Below the pieces are notes generated by a model. The model was not told where the DNA came from. It worked only from the letters and a program-made list of their open reading frames with translations, and searched no databases. Below are positions 18,291 to 28,572 of a stretch of 64,000 bases of DNA, piece after piece; the first letter of the stretch is position 1; the number at the start of each line of letters is the position of its first letter. The position numbers were made by a program, and so were the translations under genes. This DNA comes from Candidatus Hodarchaeota archaeon (GTDB taxonomy: Archaea; Asgardarchaeota; Lokiarchaeia; Sigyniarchaeales; SOKP01), in assembly GCA_048887225.1 (NCBI GenBank), contig JBHLJY010000004.1, positions 32,001-96,000 on the forward strand, given 5' to 3'.

Positions 18291-19397
18291 TTATTTTAAA
18301 TAATCGACTTTAGTGCTAGCGGCGGGTTTTTCGTAAAAAATTAATTTATTCTTATCTAATTTTGCATAAAATCCCTTGTCCCTAATTGTTTCAAAGATTT
18401 TGAATTTTATTTCGTTATCGTTAAATTCTGAACTTAATTCAGGGGATTTATATTTGATGTAATCAATAACATCTTTCAATAAAGTAGAAGCTGAAATGGA
18501 GGAAAATAATACTAAGGCCTCCTCTATCTTTTTTAATAACTCAGGATTCATATCAAATTTAATTTTAGCTTTCATTATTTTTTTGCGAAGTCTAATGACA
18601 TCATTAGATTCGGATTGAGGATTAATCTCTAAATATCGATTACAAGCATCAATAGCTCTTTTATAAGCTCTTGCTATGTAAAATCCATTAGCCAAATTTT
18701 TCCACATTATCGAATCTTTACTATCTTCTTCGATCATCTTTTTATATATTTTAATGAGGTTGGAGAAAGGCAAATCGTAAAGCCAATCTATTTCTAAAGA
18801 CTTTGTATAGGCCTCAATAGCTTTGTCATATTCTTCCTTACAATACCAAACCCAACCTAAATTGTTCCAAGCTATTTTGCTGTTACCTTCCAATTTTAAA
18901 GCTTTTAAGTAAGCCTCAGTAGCCATATCGTATTTCTCTAAAAAGCGATAAGCTCGCCCTAAATCAATCCAATTAGCAGTATTTAAGGGATCGATTTTTA
19001 ATGCTTCTTTAAATACTGTTATCGCTTTATAATATTCCTTGCGGTCGAAATATATATTAGTTAGATTTACCAGAGGAATATCATAATTAGGATCAATTTC
19101 TAATGATTTTTTATACATTTCAATAGCATCTTCTATTTTGCCCTTACATTCTAATGTATAGCCGATGTTATTTATCGCAGTTTTATTATTTGGCTCGATA
19201 TCTAAAACTCTATCGTAATAATCAATCGCTCTTTCGTATTCTTCTAAATGTCTATAAGATAAACCGATTTTTATAAGGGCATCAACATTATCTGGTTCTA
19301 AATCTAAAGCCTTTTTATATACGTTAATAGCCTCATTATACTTACCTTTATCAAAATAATTACTTCCTTTGTCCATAAATTCTTTAGCCGTAACCAT
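18291..19397 (-). CDS. Tetratricopeptide repeat protein
   Basis: About 7 TPR units (A...Y.KAL.L.P pattern). Confidence 0.9.
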   Translation of the reverse strand: MVTAKEFMDKGSNYFDKGKYNEAINVYKKALDLEPDNVDALIKIGLSYRHLEEYERAIDYYDRVLDIEPNNKTAINNIGYTLECKGKIEDAIEMYKKSLEIDPNYDIPLVNLTNIYFDRKEYYKAITVFKEALKIDPLNTANWIDLGRAYRFLEKYDMATEAYLKALKLEGNSKIAWNNLGWVWYCKEEYDKAIEAYTKSLEIDWLYDLPFSNLIKIYKKMIEEDSKDSIMWKNLANGFYIARAYKRAIDACNRYLEINPQSESNDVIRLRKKIMKAKIKFDMNPELLKKIEEALVLFSSISASTLLKDVIDYIKYKSPELSSEFNDNEIKFKIFETIRDKGFYAKLDKNKLIFYEKPAASTKVDYLK

Positions 19398-19501
19398 TGT
19401 TCTAACTCCTTATATCTATATGTATTATAAAGGTTGTAATATTTTAAATAATTATTTTATGAGGCATTAAAATCAACAAAAAAAGAGAAAGAGAACTATT
19501 T

Positions 19502-20569
19502 TTGAGCGATAAGAAATTTTTGGAAATTAATGGCTCATTTGGAGAAGGGGGAGGTGCCATCCTTCGTTTAACCGCAGCTTTTTCCATATTATTTAATCGC
19601 CCTATTAAAATTAAAAGTATACGTGCTAATCGCCCTAAGCCAGGATTAAGAACTCAACATTTACTAGGGCTTAAGGCACTTGTTGAGTTAACTGATAGTT
19701 CTTTAAGCGATTGTAAAGTTGGATCTAGAGAATTAACTTTAATACCAAAAAGAAGGATTAAAAGTAATATTCACGTAAATATTGATACTGCAGCATCTAT
19801 AGGCTTATTACTTCAACCTATTCAAATTGCATCTTTAGGATTTAAGAGATCGGAGAAAATCGAAATTCTTCTTAGTGGCGGAGGAACCTTTGGTAAATGG
19901 GCTCCAAGTCTTAATTATTTACAACGAGTTACTTATCCGATTTTCAGTAAATCTGGTTTAAGAATTGATATTGAAATAAAAAAACACGGATGGTATCCAA
20001 AGGGGGGAGCACACTCAATATGTTCCATATTCCCTCCAAAAAATAAGTTAAAACCGATAAATTTAACAGAATTAGGAAATATTGATTTAATTGAAGGTGA
20101 AATTATTATAACCAATCAATTGAGGAGACAAAGAGACAACATAGCTGAAAGAATTCGAAAATCTATTAAACAACAAATTAAAAGAAAATTAAAGATAGAA
20201 ACAGATGTAAAGTATACTTGGGTGGATTCGAAAAGTCCTGGCGTGGGCCTCTCTTTATGGGCTCACTCTGATACAAATGCAATAATATCCACTGGTACGA
20301 TTTTAGGAGAAAAAAGTATATCTTCTGAAAAACTTGGATTTATTGCAGCAAATCAGCTGATGAAGTATATAAAAAAGGAAATTCCCGTTGATAATTATTT
20401 AAGCGATCAATTAATACCGTTAATGGCATACGCTAAGGAACCTTCAAAAATAAGAGTTCTTGAAATTACAAATCATACAAAAACCAATTTAAAGTTAATT
20501 AAAAACTTTATAAACAGAGATTACAAAATTACCAAAAACCAACATAATTTTTTAATAGAATATCAATAA
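19502..20569 (+). CDS. rtcA: RNA 3'-terminal phosphate cyclase
   Basis: INGSFGEGGG.ILR, IRANRPKPGLRTQH, GWYPKGG, LSDQL, catalytic TNHTKTN. Confidence 0.93.
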   Translation: MSDKKFLEINGSFGEGGGAILRLTAAFSILFNRPIKIKSIRANRPKPGLRTQHLLGLKALVELTDSSLSDCKVGSRELTLIPKRRIKSNIHVNIDTAASIGLLLQPIQIASLGFKRSEKIEILLSGGGTFGKWAPSLNYLQRVTYPIFSKSGLRIDIEIKKHGWYPKGGAHSICSIFPPKNKLKPINLTELGNIDLIEGEIIITNQLRRQRDNIAERIRKSIKQQIKRKLKIETDVKYTWVDSKSPGVGLSLWAHSDTNAIISTGTILGEKSISSEKLGFIAANQLMKYIKKEIPVDNYLSDQLIPLMAYAKEPSKIRVLEITNHTKTNLKLIKNFINRDYKITKNQHNFLIEYQ

Positions 20570-20736
20570 ATTCGGGCATTAATCACTTCTTTTTTCATAA
20601 TATAATCTACAATCATAAAAATTCATAAGAAATTTTTATAAGATCTTGTTATTATATTTTGTTTTAAAACAAGTGTTAACCTAAATAAATAACTCTTAGT
20701 TAAAATTTTATTTTTTTGTTATTTATCCTGGATTAA

Positions 20737-20764
20737 ATCATATATCTGTTCTAAGATATAAGAT
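20737..20764 (+). repeat. 28-bp 11-6-11 dif-like site, copy 1
   Basis: ATCATATATCT-GTTCTA-AGATATAAGAT; arms are 10/11 inverted; lies between convergent 3' ends. Confidence 0.7.
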
Positions 20765-20812
20765 AGAAATAAAAAAAAAAGAAAAAGGATTTAATTAAAT
20801 TTACACACTTGA

Positions 20813-23800
20813 TTATTCTTTTTTTGGAAGATTAATTATGCCTTTCTTGATTAATACAACAACAGCTACACCACCACCTAGGCTAGCAAGAATAACTACA
20901 ACTATAATTACCATTACTATGCCTATATCCTCCTCGTCGTCGTCATCATCGTCATCTCCGGCAGCAGGACTAGGACCAGGACTAGGACCAGGAGATACAT
21001 CTTGACCATCATCATAAATAGGTTTAGTATCTTCACTTCCTCCACCACCAGGAATAGGATGTAGAGTATTCCCTATGCCATCACCATCTGGATCGCTGCC
21101 CGTATAATTGTCCCAATAATTACCAATGATACCATTGTCCCATCTATTATCGGTACCATCGTCAATGGCATGGACTGTATTATTTCTAAAATAATTCAAA
21201 TAAAAAGTGTTATAATTGCTACCTCCATTGAGAAAAATTCCTCTTCCTTCATTGAAACAAATCTCATTTCCTGTAATATTATTGTTAGTGGATACATCAA
21301 AATTTATCCCGTAGCGTGTGTTATTGTTGATTATGTTTTCAGTAATGTTGTTCCATTCGGCTGAACTTAAATATATACCATCATAACCAGTACCAGAATC
21401 TCCATTATTAGTTATGTTGTTTTCTGAAATGCAATTATCATCGCTGTTTAATATACATATTCCATGCTCCTCATTATATTTTATTTCATTTTTAGAAACT
21501 GTGTTATTATGACTATCATCTTGTAAATATATCCCGTACTGTGTGTTTTTGTTTGCAGTGTTTCCCGAGATAGTGTTGTCAGTGCAATTATTATATAAAT
21601 ATATCCCTGCATTTTGGTTTGATGTCATGTTGTTGCATGCGGTATTGCCTGAGATGGTGTTATCGTCGCAATATGAATATAAATAAATTCCGTATAGGGT
21701 GTTGTCGTTTGCGGTGTTTCCCGAGATGGTGTTATCGTCGCACTCACCTTCTAAATATATCCCGTACTCTTTGTTGTTGTTTGCGGTGTTTCCCGAGATA
21801 GTGTTATCAGTGCAATTATTATATAAATATATTCCGTACTGTGTGTTGTTGGTTGCGGTGTTTCCCGAGATTGTGTTATTGTCACAATAATCTTCTAAAT
21901 ATATCCCGACAAATTGGTTTGATGTCATGTTGTTGCATATGGTGTTTCCCGAGATCATGTTGTTATCGCATTCATCCCATAAATATATCCCATAATCTTC
22001 GTTGTCGTTTGCGGTGTTTCCCAAGATGGTGTTATCGTCGCACTCACCTTCTAAATATATCCCGACATTTTGGTTTGATGTCATGTTGTTGCATACGGTA
22101 TTTCCCAAGACAGTGTTGTCGTCGCAATCATCCCATAAATATATCCCATAATCTTCGTTGTCGTTTGCGATGTTTCCCGAGATTGTGTTATCGTCGCACT
22201 CACCTTCTAAATATATCCCGTACTGTGTGTTGTTGTTTGCGGTGTTTCCCGAGATTGTGTTATCGTCGCACTCACCTTCTAAATATATCCCGTACTGTGT
22301 GTTGTTGTTTGCGGTGTTTCCAGAAATTGTATTATTCTTGCAACGGTATCCTAAATATATCCCTCTTAATTGGTTTGATGTCATGTTGTTGCATACGGTG
22401 TTTCCCGAGATTGTGTTGTCATCGCTATATTCATATAAATATATCCCGTACTGTGTGTTGTCGTTTGCGGTGTTTCCAGAAATTGTATTATTATTGCAAC
22501 GGTATCCTAAATATATCCCTCTTAATTGGTTTGATGTCATGTTGTTGCATGCGATGTTTCCCGAGATTGTGTTGTCATCGCAATCATGCCATAAATATAT
22601 CCCATAATCTTCGTTGTCGTTTGCGATGTTTCCCGAGATTGTGTTATCGTCGCACTCACCTTCTAAATATATCCCGTACTGTGTGTTGTTGTTTGCGGTG
22701 TTTCCCGAGATGGTGTTGTCGTCGCACTCATTTTCTAAATGTATCCCTCTTAATTGATTTGATGTCATGTTGTTGCATGCGATATTGCCTGAAATGGTGT
22801 TATCGTCGCAATATGAATATAAATATATCCCGCTTTCACTATTATCGTTTGCGGTGTTTCCCGAGATGGTGTTATTATCACTATACCATAAATATATCCC
22901 GCTTTCACTATTATCGTTTGCGGTGTTTCCCGAGATGGTGTTATTATTACTATTATATAAATATATCCCGCTTTCACTATTATCGTTTGCGGTGTTTCCC
23001 GTTATGGTATTATTGTCACATTCATCCCATAAATATATACCGAAATCGTTGACGTTTGCGGTGTTTCCCGATATAGTATTATTGCTGGAATAATGCATAT
23101 AAATGCCATAATTCTTATTATATGACATGTTACACATTGAGATAGTATTATTATTGCTGTATAATAATGAAATTCCAATTGATCCATGAGAAACATTTAA
23201 GTTTGAAATTATAGAATATCTACAGTTGGCAAGGAATACTTCTCCAGCATTCGTGAAGTCTGCTAGTTCCAATCCGATCTTATTGACATAGTAATAAATT
23301 GGTTTTCCATTTATAGTATTTGTAGTATCAATATGGTGTGATGAACATTGTTCAAGATTACCAATAATGAATAAACCTGACTCAATCATAATATTTCCCG
23401 AGACAGTGTTATTATTACTCTCCTCTAGATATATTCCATACCTAGTGTTGTCGTTTGCGGTGTTTCCCGAAATTGTATTATTATCACAATTATATAAATA
23501 TATCCCGCTATCCCTGCTGAAATTTGCGGTGTTTCCCGTTATGGTATTATTTTCGCAATAATATAAAGATATCCCTCTATATTGGTTTGATGTCATGTTG
23601 TTGCATGCGATGTTTCCCGAGATTGTGTTGCTATTGCAATCAAAATATAAAAGTATCCCATTATCGTCGTTGTCGTTTGCGGTGTTTCCCGAAATTGTAT
23701 TGTTATCACAATTATATAAATATATCCCGCTATCCCCGTTGAAATTTGCGGTGTTTCCCGAGATTGTGTTGTTATCGCAATTTATTCTTAGATATATCCC

Positions 23801-24862
23801 GCACCAGTTGTTATTGTTTGCGGTGTTTCCCGTTATGGTATTATTGTCGCATTCATCTTCTAAAAATATCCCATAAATCCCGTTTTTGTTTGCTGTGTTC
23901 CCCGAGATTGTGTTGTTATTGCAATTTATTCTTAAATATATCCCTCTATCTTGGTTTGATAATGAATTTTTATTGCATGCGGTGTTTCCCGAGATTGTGT
24001 TGTTATCGCAATTATCATATAAATATATCCCGTCCCCTCTGTTATCGTTTGCGATGTTTCCCGAGATTGTGTTGTTATCGCAATTTATTCTTAAATATAT
24101 CCCATAAAAATCGTTGAAATTTACGGTGTTTCCCGAGATTGTGTTGTTGGTGCATTCATCCCATAAATAAATCCCGCTACCCCCGTTTAAATTTGCGGTG
24201 TTTCCCGAGATTGTGTTGTTATCACAATTATCCAATAAAAATATCCCTCTATCTTGATTTGATGTCATGGTGTTACTTGCTTTATTTCCCGAGATTGTGT
24301 TGTCGTCGCAATCACCTACTAAATATATCCCGTACTCGGTGTTATCGTTTGCGGTGTTTCCCGATATCGTGTTATTATCACAATCATATAAAAATATCCC
24401 GTTTTTATCGTTGTTTGAACAATTGTTAATCAATAAGGCTCCGTTATTTGTGTTTTCCAATTTGATTCCCGCATTCCCCCAATTTGCTCCCGAATTGTAA
24501 ATAGTACAATTTTCAATCCTAAAATAATCGTTTTTGGAATTATTTATAAAAATACCGCTTCCCGTAGGGGAACTGCTTGCGTCGATAGTAACGTTTTCAA
24601 TAACATAGGGCTTGCTCCACGATCCATCGCCACTAAACCAACCCTTACCAGTCGCATCCGACCAATTGCCGTCAATATATATGAAAGATTCAGTATAGGC
24701 TCCCGATTTTTTCGGATTTTTTAAATTAGTTACGTCTAGAATTTCCCCGCTTCCTTCATTATTTAATTGCTGATCGCTGAAATTTACGTTTCTAATGATT
24801 ATTATAGCGAAAACCATTCCTATCGCTATTAAGATTAATATTTTTGATTTATTCGATTTCAT
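20813..24862 (-). CDS. Large surface protein with NosD/CASH parallel beta-helix repeats and a C-terminal TM anchor
   Basis: N-terminal hydrophobic segment; more than 35 GIYL..(C)DNNTISGNTAN.N repeats; GNYWDNY.G.D.DGDGIG; acidic linker plus TM. Confidence 0.9.
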   Translation of the reverse strand: MKSNKSKILILIAIGMVFAIIIIRNVNFSDQQLNNEGSGEILDVTNLKNPKKSGAYTESFIYIDGNWSDATGKGWFSGDGSWSKPYVIENVTIDASSSPTGSGIFINNSKNDYFRIENCTIYNSGANWGNAGIKLENTNNGALLINNCSNNDKNGIFLYDCDNNTISGNTANDNTEYGIYLVGDCDDNTISGNKASNTMTSNQDRGIFLLDNCDNNTISGNTANLNGGSGIYLWDECTNNTISGNTVNFNDFYGIYLRINCDNNTISGNIANDNRGDGIYLYDNCDNNTISGNTACNKNSLSNQDRGIYLRINCNNNTISGNTANKNGIYGIFLEDECDNNTITGNTANNNNWCGIYLRINCDNNTISGNTANFNGDSGIYLYNCDNNTISGNTANDNDDNGILLYFDCNSNTISGNIACNNMTSNQYRGISLYYCENNTITGNTANFSRDSGIYLYNCDNNTISGNTANDNTRYGIYLEESNNNTVSGNIMIESGLFIIGNLEQCSSHHIDTTNTINGKPIYYYVNKIGLELADFTNAGEVFLANCRYSIISNLNVSHGSIGISLLYSNNNTISMCNMSYNKNYGIYMHYSSNNTISGNTANVNDFGIYLWDECDNNTITGNTANDNSESGIYLYNSNNNTISGNTANDNSESGIYLWYSDNNTISGNTANDNSESGIYLYSYCDDNTISGNIACNNMTSNQLRGIHLENECDDNTISGNTANNNTQYGIYLEGECDDNTISGNIANDNEDYGIYLWHDCDDNTISGNIACNNMTSNQLRGIYLGYRCNNNTISGNTANDNTQYGIYLYEYSDDNTISGNTVCNNMTSNQLRGIYLGYRCKNNTISGNTANNNTQYGIYLEGECDDNTISGNTANNNTQYGIYLEGECDDNTISGNIANDNEDYGIYLWDDCDDNTVLGNTVCNNMTSNQNVGIYLEGECDDNTILGNTANDNEDYGIYLWDECDNNMISGNTICNNMTSNQFVGIYLEDYCDNNTISGNTATNNTQYGIYLYNNCTDNTISGNTANNNKEYGIYLEGECDDNTISGNTANDNTLYGIYLYSYCDDNTISGNTACNNMTSNQNAGIYLYNNCTDNTISGNTANKNTQYGIYLQDDSHNNTVSKNEIKYNEEHGICILNSDDNCISENNITNNGDSGTGYDGIYLSSAEWNNITENIINNNTRYGINFDVSTNNNITGNEICFNEGRGIFLNGGSNYNTFYLNYFRNNTVHAIDDGTDNRWDNGIIGNYWDNYTGSDPDGDGIGNTLHPIPGGGGSEDTKPIYDDGQDVSPGPSPGPSPAAGDDDDDDDEEDIGIVMVIIVVVILASLGGGVAVVVLIKKGIINLPKKE
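21540..24400 (-). repeat. Internal near-identical ~66-78 bp coding repeats of the beta-helix gene
   Basis: Recurring gtttcccgaga..gtgtt(a/g)tc and tttgatgtcatgttgttgcat; tandem 69-bp duplication around 22172-22320. Confidence 0.85.
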
Positions 24863-25331
24863 TTTTTTTAAATTTTTTTTTAAGATTTTAGATGATCAAA
24901 TGTTTGTATTTCAAATTTAATGATCATCAATAGTTCAACAATCTTAAATTTTATATTTAAAAGGATCTGGTAAATTTTTGAAGCATTAAATTTTCCAAAT
25001 TTAATTTTAATTAAATAAATTAAAGATATTAACCCATTTTAAAGACTAGAGCAAAGATTTAAGCACGAAACGGTAAATTCTAATAAATTCCAATAGAATT
25101 ATTTGATACAAAATGATACAAAAAATATTTTTGTGGTATCATAATAATAACAAATCAATCGCTTTTTGTTTTTGTGGGCACATATAAATTAAAAATTGAA
25201 TATAGTACATTAACATTTTATATAAGGATTATATAATAAATGTCAATATTAAGGCTAAAACATTGATTTTGAACAAAAACATCTTATCGTTTTTTTTAAA
25301 AGACCTTAATAATCAAATTGAAAATCAAGAA

Positions 25332-25359
25332 ATCACATATTTGTTCTAAGATATAAGAT
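25332..25359 (+). repeat. 28-bp 11-6-11 dif-like site, copy 2
   Basis: ATCACATATTT-GTTCTA-AGATATAAGAT; 26/28 identical to copy 1, same orientation. Confidence 0.7.
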
Positions 25360-25465
25360 TCACTAAGCTTAACCTTTCAAAATAGCAAAAAAAAATTATC
25401 AGTAATGATTATAAAGTCTTGTTATTATATGAATATTATAAATTATCTTTAAATTTTCAATTAAG

Positions 25466-26374
25466 ATGTCAATCGCACTCCAAAGATGTCCCAGATGCGG
25501 AAACGAAAATCCCGCAGATAGTTTTGTTTGCTCCTTCTGCGGTAAAAGATTAAAAATGGAATCTATTGAAAATTTTTTTCTTTTTCGTCGAATTGAAGAG
25601 GAATGGGTAACACCACTTCCATGGTATATGAAAATTTATTATCTTTTTAGAGATCCCTCTCGTGCGTTCCACGATATCAATCACAAGAGAAGTGCAGCTC
25701 CTGGTTATATTATTCTATTATTAAATTCATTATTATGGGGTTTTATGGGTTTAGCTTTTATCTCACATTTTAGATTTAGCCCCATTTCGACGGCATTTAT
25801 TTATGCAATATCGTTTTTTATAATTTTTTTTATATTTGGACTACTTTTCAATTTTATATTTTATACAATTCTTACTTGGTTGTTTAGTAAAGGTGCTAAT
25901 TACGCCGTTGGATTTTCAGAAAGATTAGATATTCGTTTTGGAGGTGAAAAAGAAAAAATAGAGCTTCATAAAAAATCAGAGATGAGCCCTTTTTCTATTT
26001 ATAAAGGAGGCACGCTATTACAAAAACAAGCGGCTTATAAATATAAAATGCTTTTTTGCGCTTTTACTCCTTTTTTATTGGTTAATGCTATTAAAGTTAT
26101 AATCATTCTTATTGCATTCCCTACTATTAGGGTTGATACTGAAAGCGAACTGCCCCTAGATATTTTTAACAGAATATTTAGATCTCCAGTTTGGACTGTA
26201 CTCGATGTTATTGACGCTTTAACTATGGCAATTTGGGTACCTATTTTAATGGCTTTAGCCATAAGAGACTTATCCAATTCATCTACACTCCGCGTTTTAA
26301 TTTCATCACTGATAATAGGTGCATCTGTTGCAGTGCTGTTCTACTTTCTTAGACCTACTCTTTTTGGAAGTTAA
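25466..26374 (+). CDS. Zinc-ribbon + Yip1-family membrane protein
   Basis: CPRCG...CSFCG; LFRDPSRAF.DI followed by about five TM segments. Confidence 0.75.
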   Translation: MSIALQRCPRCGNENPADSFVCSFCGKRLKMESIENFFLFRRIEEEWVTPLPWYMKIYYLFRDPSRAFHDINHKRSAAPGYIILLLNSLLWGFMGLAFISHFRFSPISTAFIYAISFFIIFFIFGLLFNFIFYTILTWLFSKGANYAVGFSERLDIRFGGEKEKIELHKKSEMSPFSIYKGGTLLQKQAAYKYKMLFCAFTPFLLVNAIKVIIILIAFPTIRVDTESELPLDIFNRIFRSPVWTVLDVIDALTMAIWVPILMALAIRDLSNSSTLRVLISSLIIGASVAVLFYFLRPTLFGS

Positions 26375-26442
26375 AGCTAAATTTATTAACTGATAATCCC
26401 ATCATTATTTAATTAAATTGAATTTCTCAAAGTATTATTTAA

Positions 26443-27090
26443 ATGAAAGAAGATAAAGCAAATTTCGCTAAAATCGAATCTGAATTATTCGCACTAATTA
26501 ACTCTATAATAAATCTTTATATTAAATATCAAAAAGGCTCAATTAACGAAAACTTCTTTCAAAAAGCCGTTAAAGACGCAATGAATGGTTTATTGAGTAT
26601 AAATCTTTATTTAAAAAAAAGAAATATTTCACTTACCAAATTTTTAAATGGTATGAATCTTCTCGACGATTATGATAAAGTTATGAAAATTGTTAATAAT
26701 ATTTCTGATTTAGATTCTTACGATGAATTTAATACAGTTCGAAATGGAAATAAATTTTATTCTGAGAAAAGACTAAGGAGTTCTATATTAGAACTGCCTG
26801 GAATTGCTTCAGAGATAACCTCTTCATTTATCACGCTTATCGATGCGTTAAAATTAGAAGGGCAAAGCCAATATCTTATGATTAGACTGCTGAATGAGTT
26901 AAAGGCTAATTTTAAAAAATTTAAATTTCCAGGATTAAAAGATATTCGACTTAAAATAAAAAAAATTTATAGAGACGCTTTAAAGAATACTGCTAATCTC
27001 GTCAGTGATAATCAATTTAGAGAAGAAATAGCAGATCGGTTGTATTCAGTTTTGAAAGAATTTCAGCAAAAAATCAGTGTAAAAACTTAA
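26443..27090 (+). CDS. Vps28-like ESCRT-I subunit
   Basis: SELFALINSI..LY.KY.KG.I (Vps28 N-terminal pattern) and ASEITSSFITLIDALKL (Vps28 C-terminal FIT.MD.LKL signature). Confidence 0.78.
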   Translation: MKEDKANFAKIESELFALINSIINLYIKYQKGSINENFFQKAVKDAMNGLLSINLYLKKRNISLTKFLNGMNLLDDYDKVMKIVNNISDLDSYDEFNTVRNGNKFYSEKRLRSSILELPGIASEITSSFITLIDALKLEGQSQYLMIRLLNELKANFKKFKFPGLKDIRLKIKKIYRDALKNTANLVSDNQFREEIADRLYSVLKEFQQKISVKT

Positions 27091-27189
27091 TTAGAATAAT
27101 AAAATTAATATTTTTTCTATAATTTGAGAAAGTATTAGTATAAAATTAAATTCTAAAGCTATAATCATTATTCATAGTGACGATTTAAT

Positions 27190-27459
27190 TTGCCGCGACC
27201 TGGATTGAGATCACACGCACAAGCACGAAAAAAATTAAGAACACCTGGAAATCGGAATATTACTCACTATTGGAGAAGAAAACCAAAATCAAGTCATTGT
27301 GCTATATGTAAAAATCCGCTTCCTTCAATCCCAAAACTGAGACCTTCAAAAATGAAAAAGACTGATAAAATCAGAAGACGACCCAATAGATTGGAAAGTG
27401 GAAGATACTGTGCTAAATGCCTTCAAATTTTAATAAAACAAGCCGTTTGGAATCAGTAA
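27190..27459 (+). CDS. rpl34e: 50S ribosomal protein eL34
   Basis: RTPG, CAICK.PL, RPNR..SGRYCAKC. Confidence 0.93.
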   Translation: MPRPGLRSHAQARKKLRTPGNRNITHYWRRKPKSSHCAICKNPLPSIPKLRPSKMKKTDKIRRRPNRLESGRYCAKCLQILIKQAVWNQ

Positions 27460-27573
27460 GAATTTTCTATTATTATCGAAAACATATTTTCTATTTTTAT
27501 AGCGTTTTTAAGGATATTAAAATTAAAATTATAAAGTATTAAATAAAACATACGGAAAATTAATTATCAAAAC

Positions 27574-28113
27574 ATGATTTTAACAATTTCTGGTCTACAT
27601 GGAACAGGTAAATCGGTAGTGGGTAAGAAAATTGCTTTAGCTCTGGGGATTAAATATTATTCAACCGGGGAGGCGTTTAGAGATCTTGCTAAGGAAAAGA
27701 ACATGACTTTAGAAGACTTTACCAAATATGTAGAAAAACATATTGAAATCGACAAAGAATTGGACAAAAAAATTATAGAAATAGCTAAAAAAGATGAGAT
27801 CATAATTGACAGTCAATTAAGTGGATATCTCTTAAAGGACATCGCAGATTTTAAAATTTTGCTAAAATGTTCATTAGAAATTCGCGTTAAAAGAATGGCT
27901 GAAAGAGATAATACAACATACGAGGAGAAATTAAAAGAGACTGAACTTCGAGAAAAATCAGAATCAGAACGATTTATTTTACTTTATAATATTAAAATAA
28001 ATGACATGGAAAAAGCGAAAGAGATTTTTGACATAATTTTAGATACTGAAAAATTGTCAGTAGAAGAAGCTGTAAATAAAATCCTTGAAGAGATTAAAAA
28101 AATAATTATTTAA
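27574..28113 (+). CDS. cmk: Cytidylate kinase (archaeal type)
   Basis: TISGLHGTGKS, STGEAFR, IDKELD; conserved L34e-cmk-L14e order. Confidence 0.92.
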   Translation: MILTISGLHGTGKSVVGKKIALALGIKYYSTGEAFRDLAKEKNMTLEDFTKYVEKHIEIDKELDKKIIEIAKKDEIIIDSQLSGYLLKDIADFKILLKCSLEIRVKRMAERDNTTYEEKLKETELREKSESERFILLYNIKINDMEKAKEIFDIILDTEKLSVEEAVNKILEEIKKIII

Positions 28114-28239
28114 CTCATTTTTCTAAAATCGTAAAAAATTTATTATTAAACATATTTCATATCTTACAAAGGATTGTTTGTCTTTACTGGAATTAAACCA
28201 GTATTGATAAATTTACCAAAAATAGTTTGGTGACAAATT

Positions 28240-28512
28240 ATGAGTATTTACGATATTGGAAGAATAGTAGTAAAAACAAGAGGAAGGGAAGCGGGCAAAT
28301 ACGCAGTAATCGTTGATATAATAGACAAAAATTATTTACTCGTTGATGGATTAAAAGTCCGAAGACGACGTGTTAATTATAATCACATAGAACCTACTCC
28401 TGATTTAATAAATATTGAAAAAGGAGCTAACCACATAGAAATTGAGGCAGCTATTAAAAAAGCTAAAAAGACTAAAATAATGAATCAAACTATTTCCATA
28501 CCTATAAAATAA
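28240..28512 (+). CDS. rpl14e: 50S ribosomal protein eL14
   Basis: IGRIVVKTRGREAGKYAVIVDIIDKNYLLVDG..VRRRRVN..HIEPT. Confidence 0.95.
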   Translation: MSIYDIGRIVVKTRGREAGKYAVIVDIIDKNYLLVDGLKVRRRRVNYNHIEPTPDLINIEKGANHIEIEAAIKKAKKTKIMNQTISIPIK

Positions 28513-28572
28513 TTTAAATCCATAATTTTTTATAATTTTACCAATAAATATATTATTTTCTTTTATTCTTAC

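Noticed and set aside
20737-20764. Repeat sites as integron attC
   Set aside because: They lack the RYYYAAC...GTTRRRY order and long imperfect hairpin; no integrase in the window
21540-24400. Repeats considered as a CRISPR array or DGR template/variable regions
   Set aside because: They are in-frame coding repeats without unique spacers; no cas or reverse transcriptase gene in the window
21170-24500. Many plus-strand ORFs (up to 403 aa, Cys/Arg-rich) over the beta-helix gene
   Set aside because: Antisense shadows of the repetitive minus-strand CDS
25104-25142. TGATACAAAA direct/inverted repeat upstream of the beta-helix gene
   Set aside because: Plausible operator, but too short and AT-rich to support without comparative data
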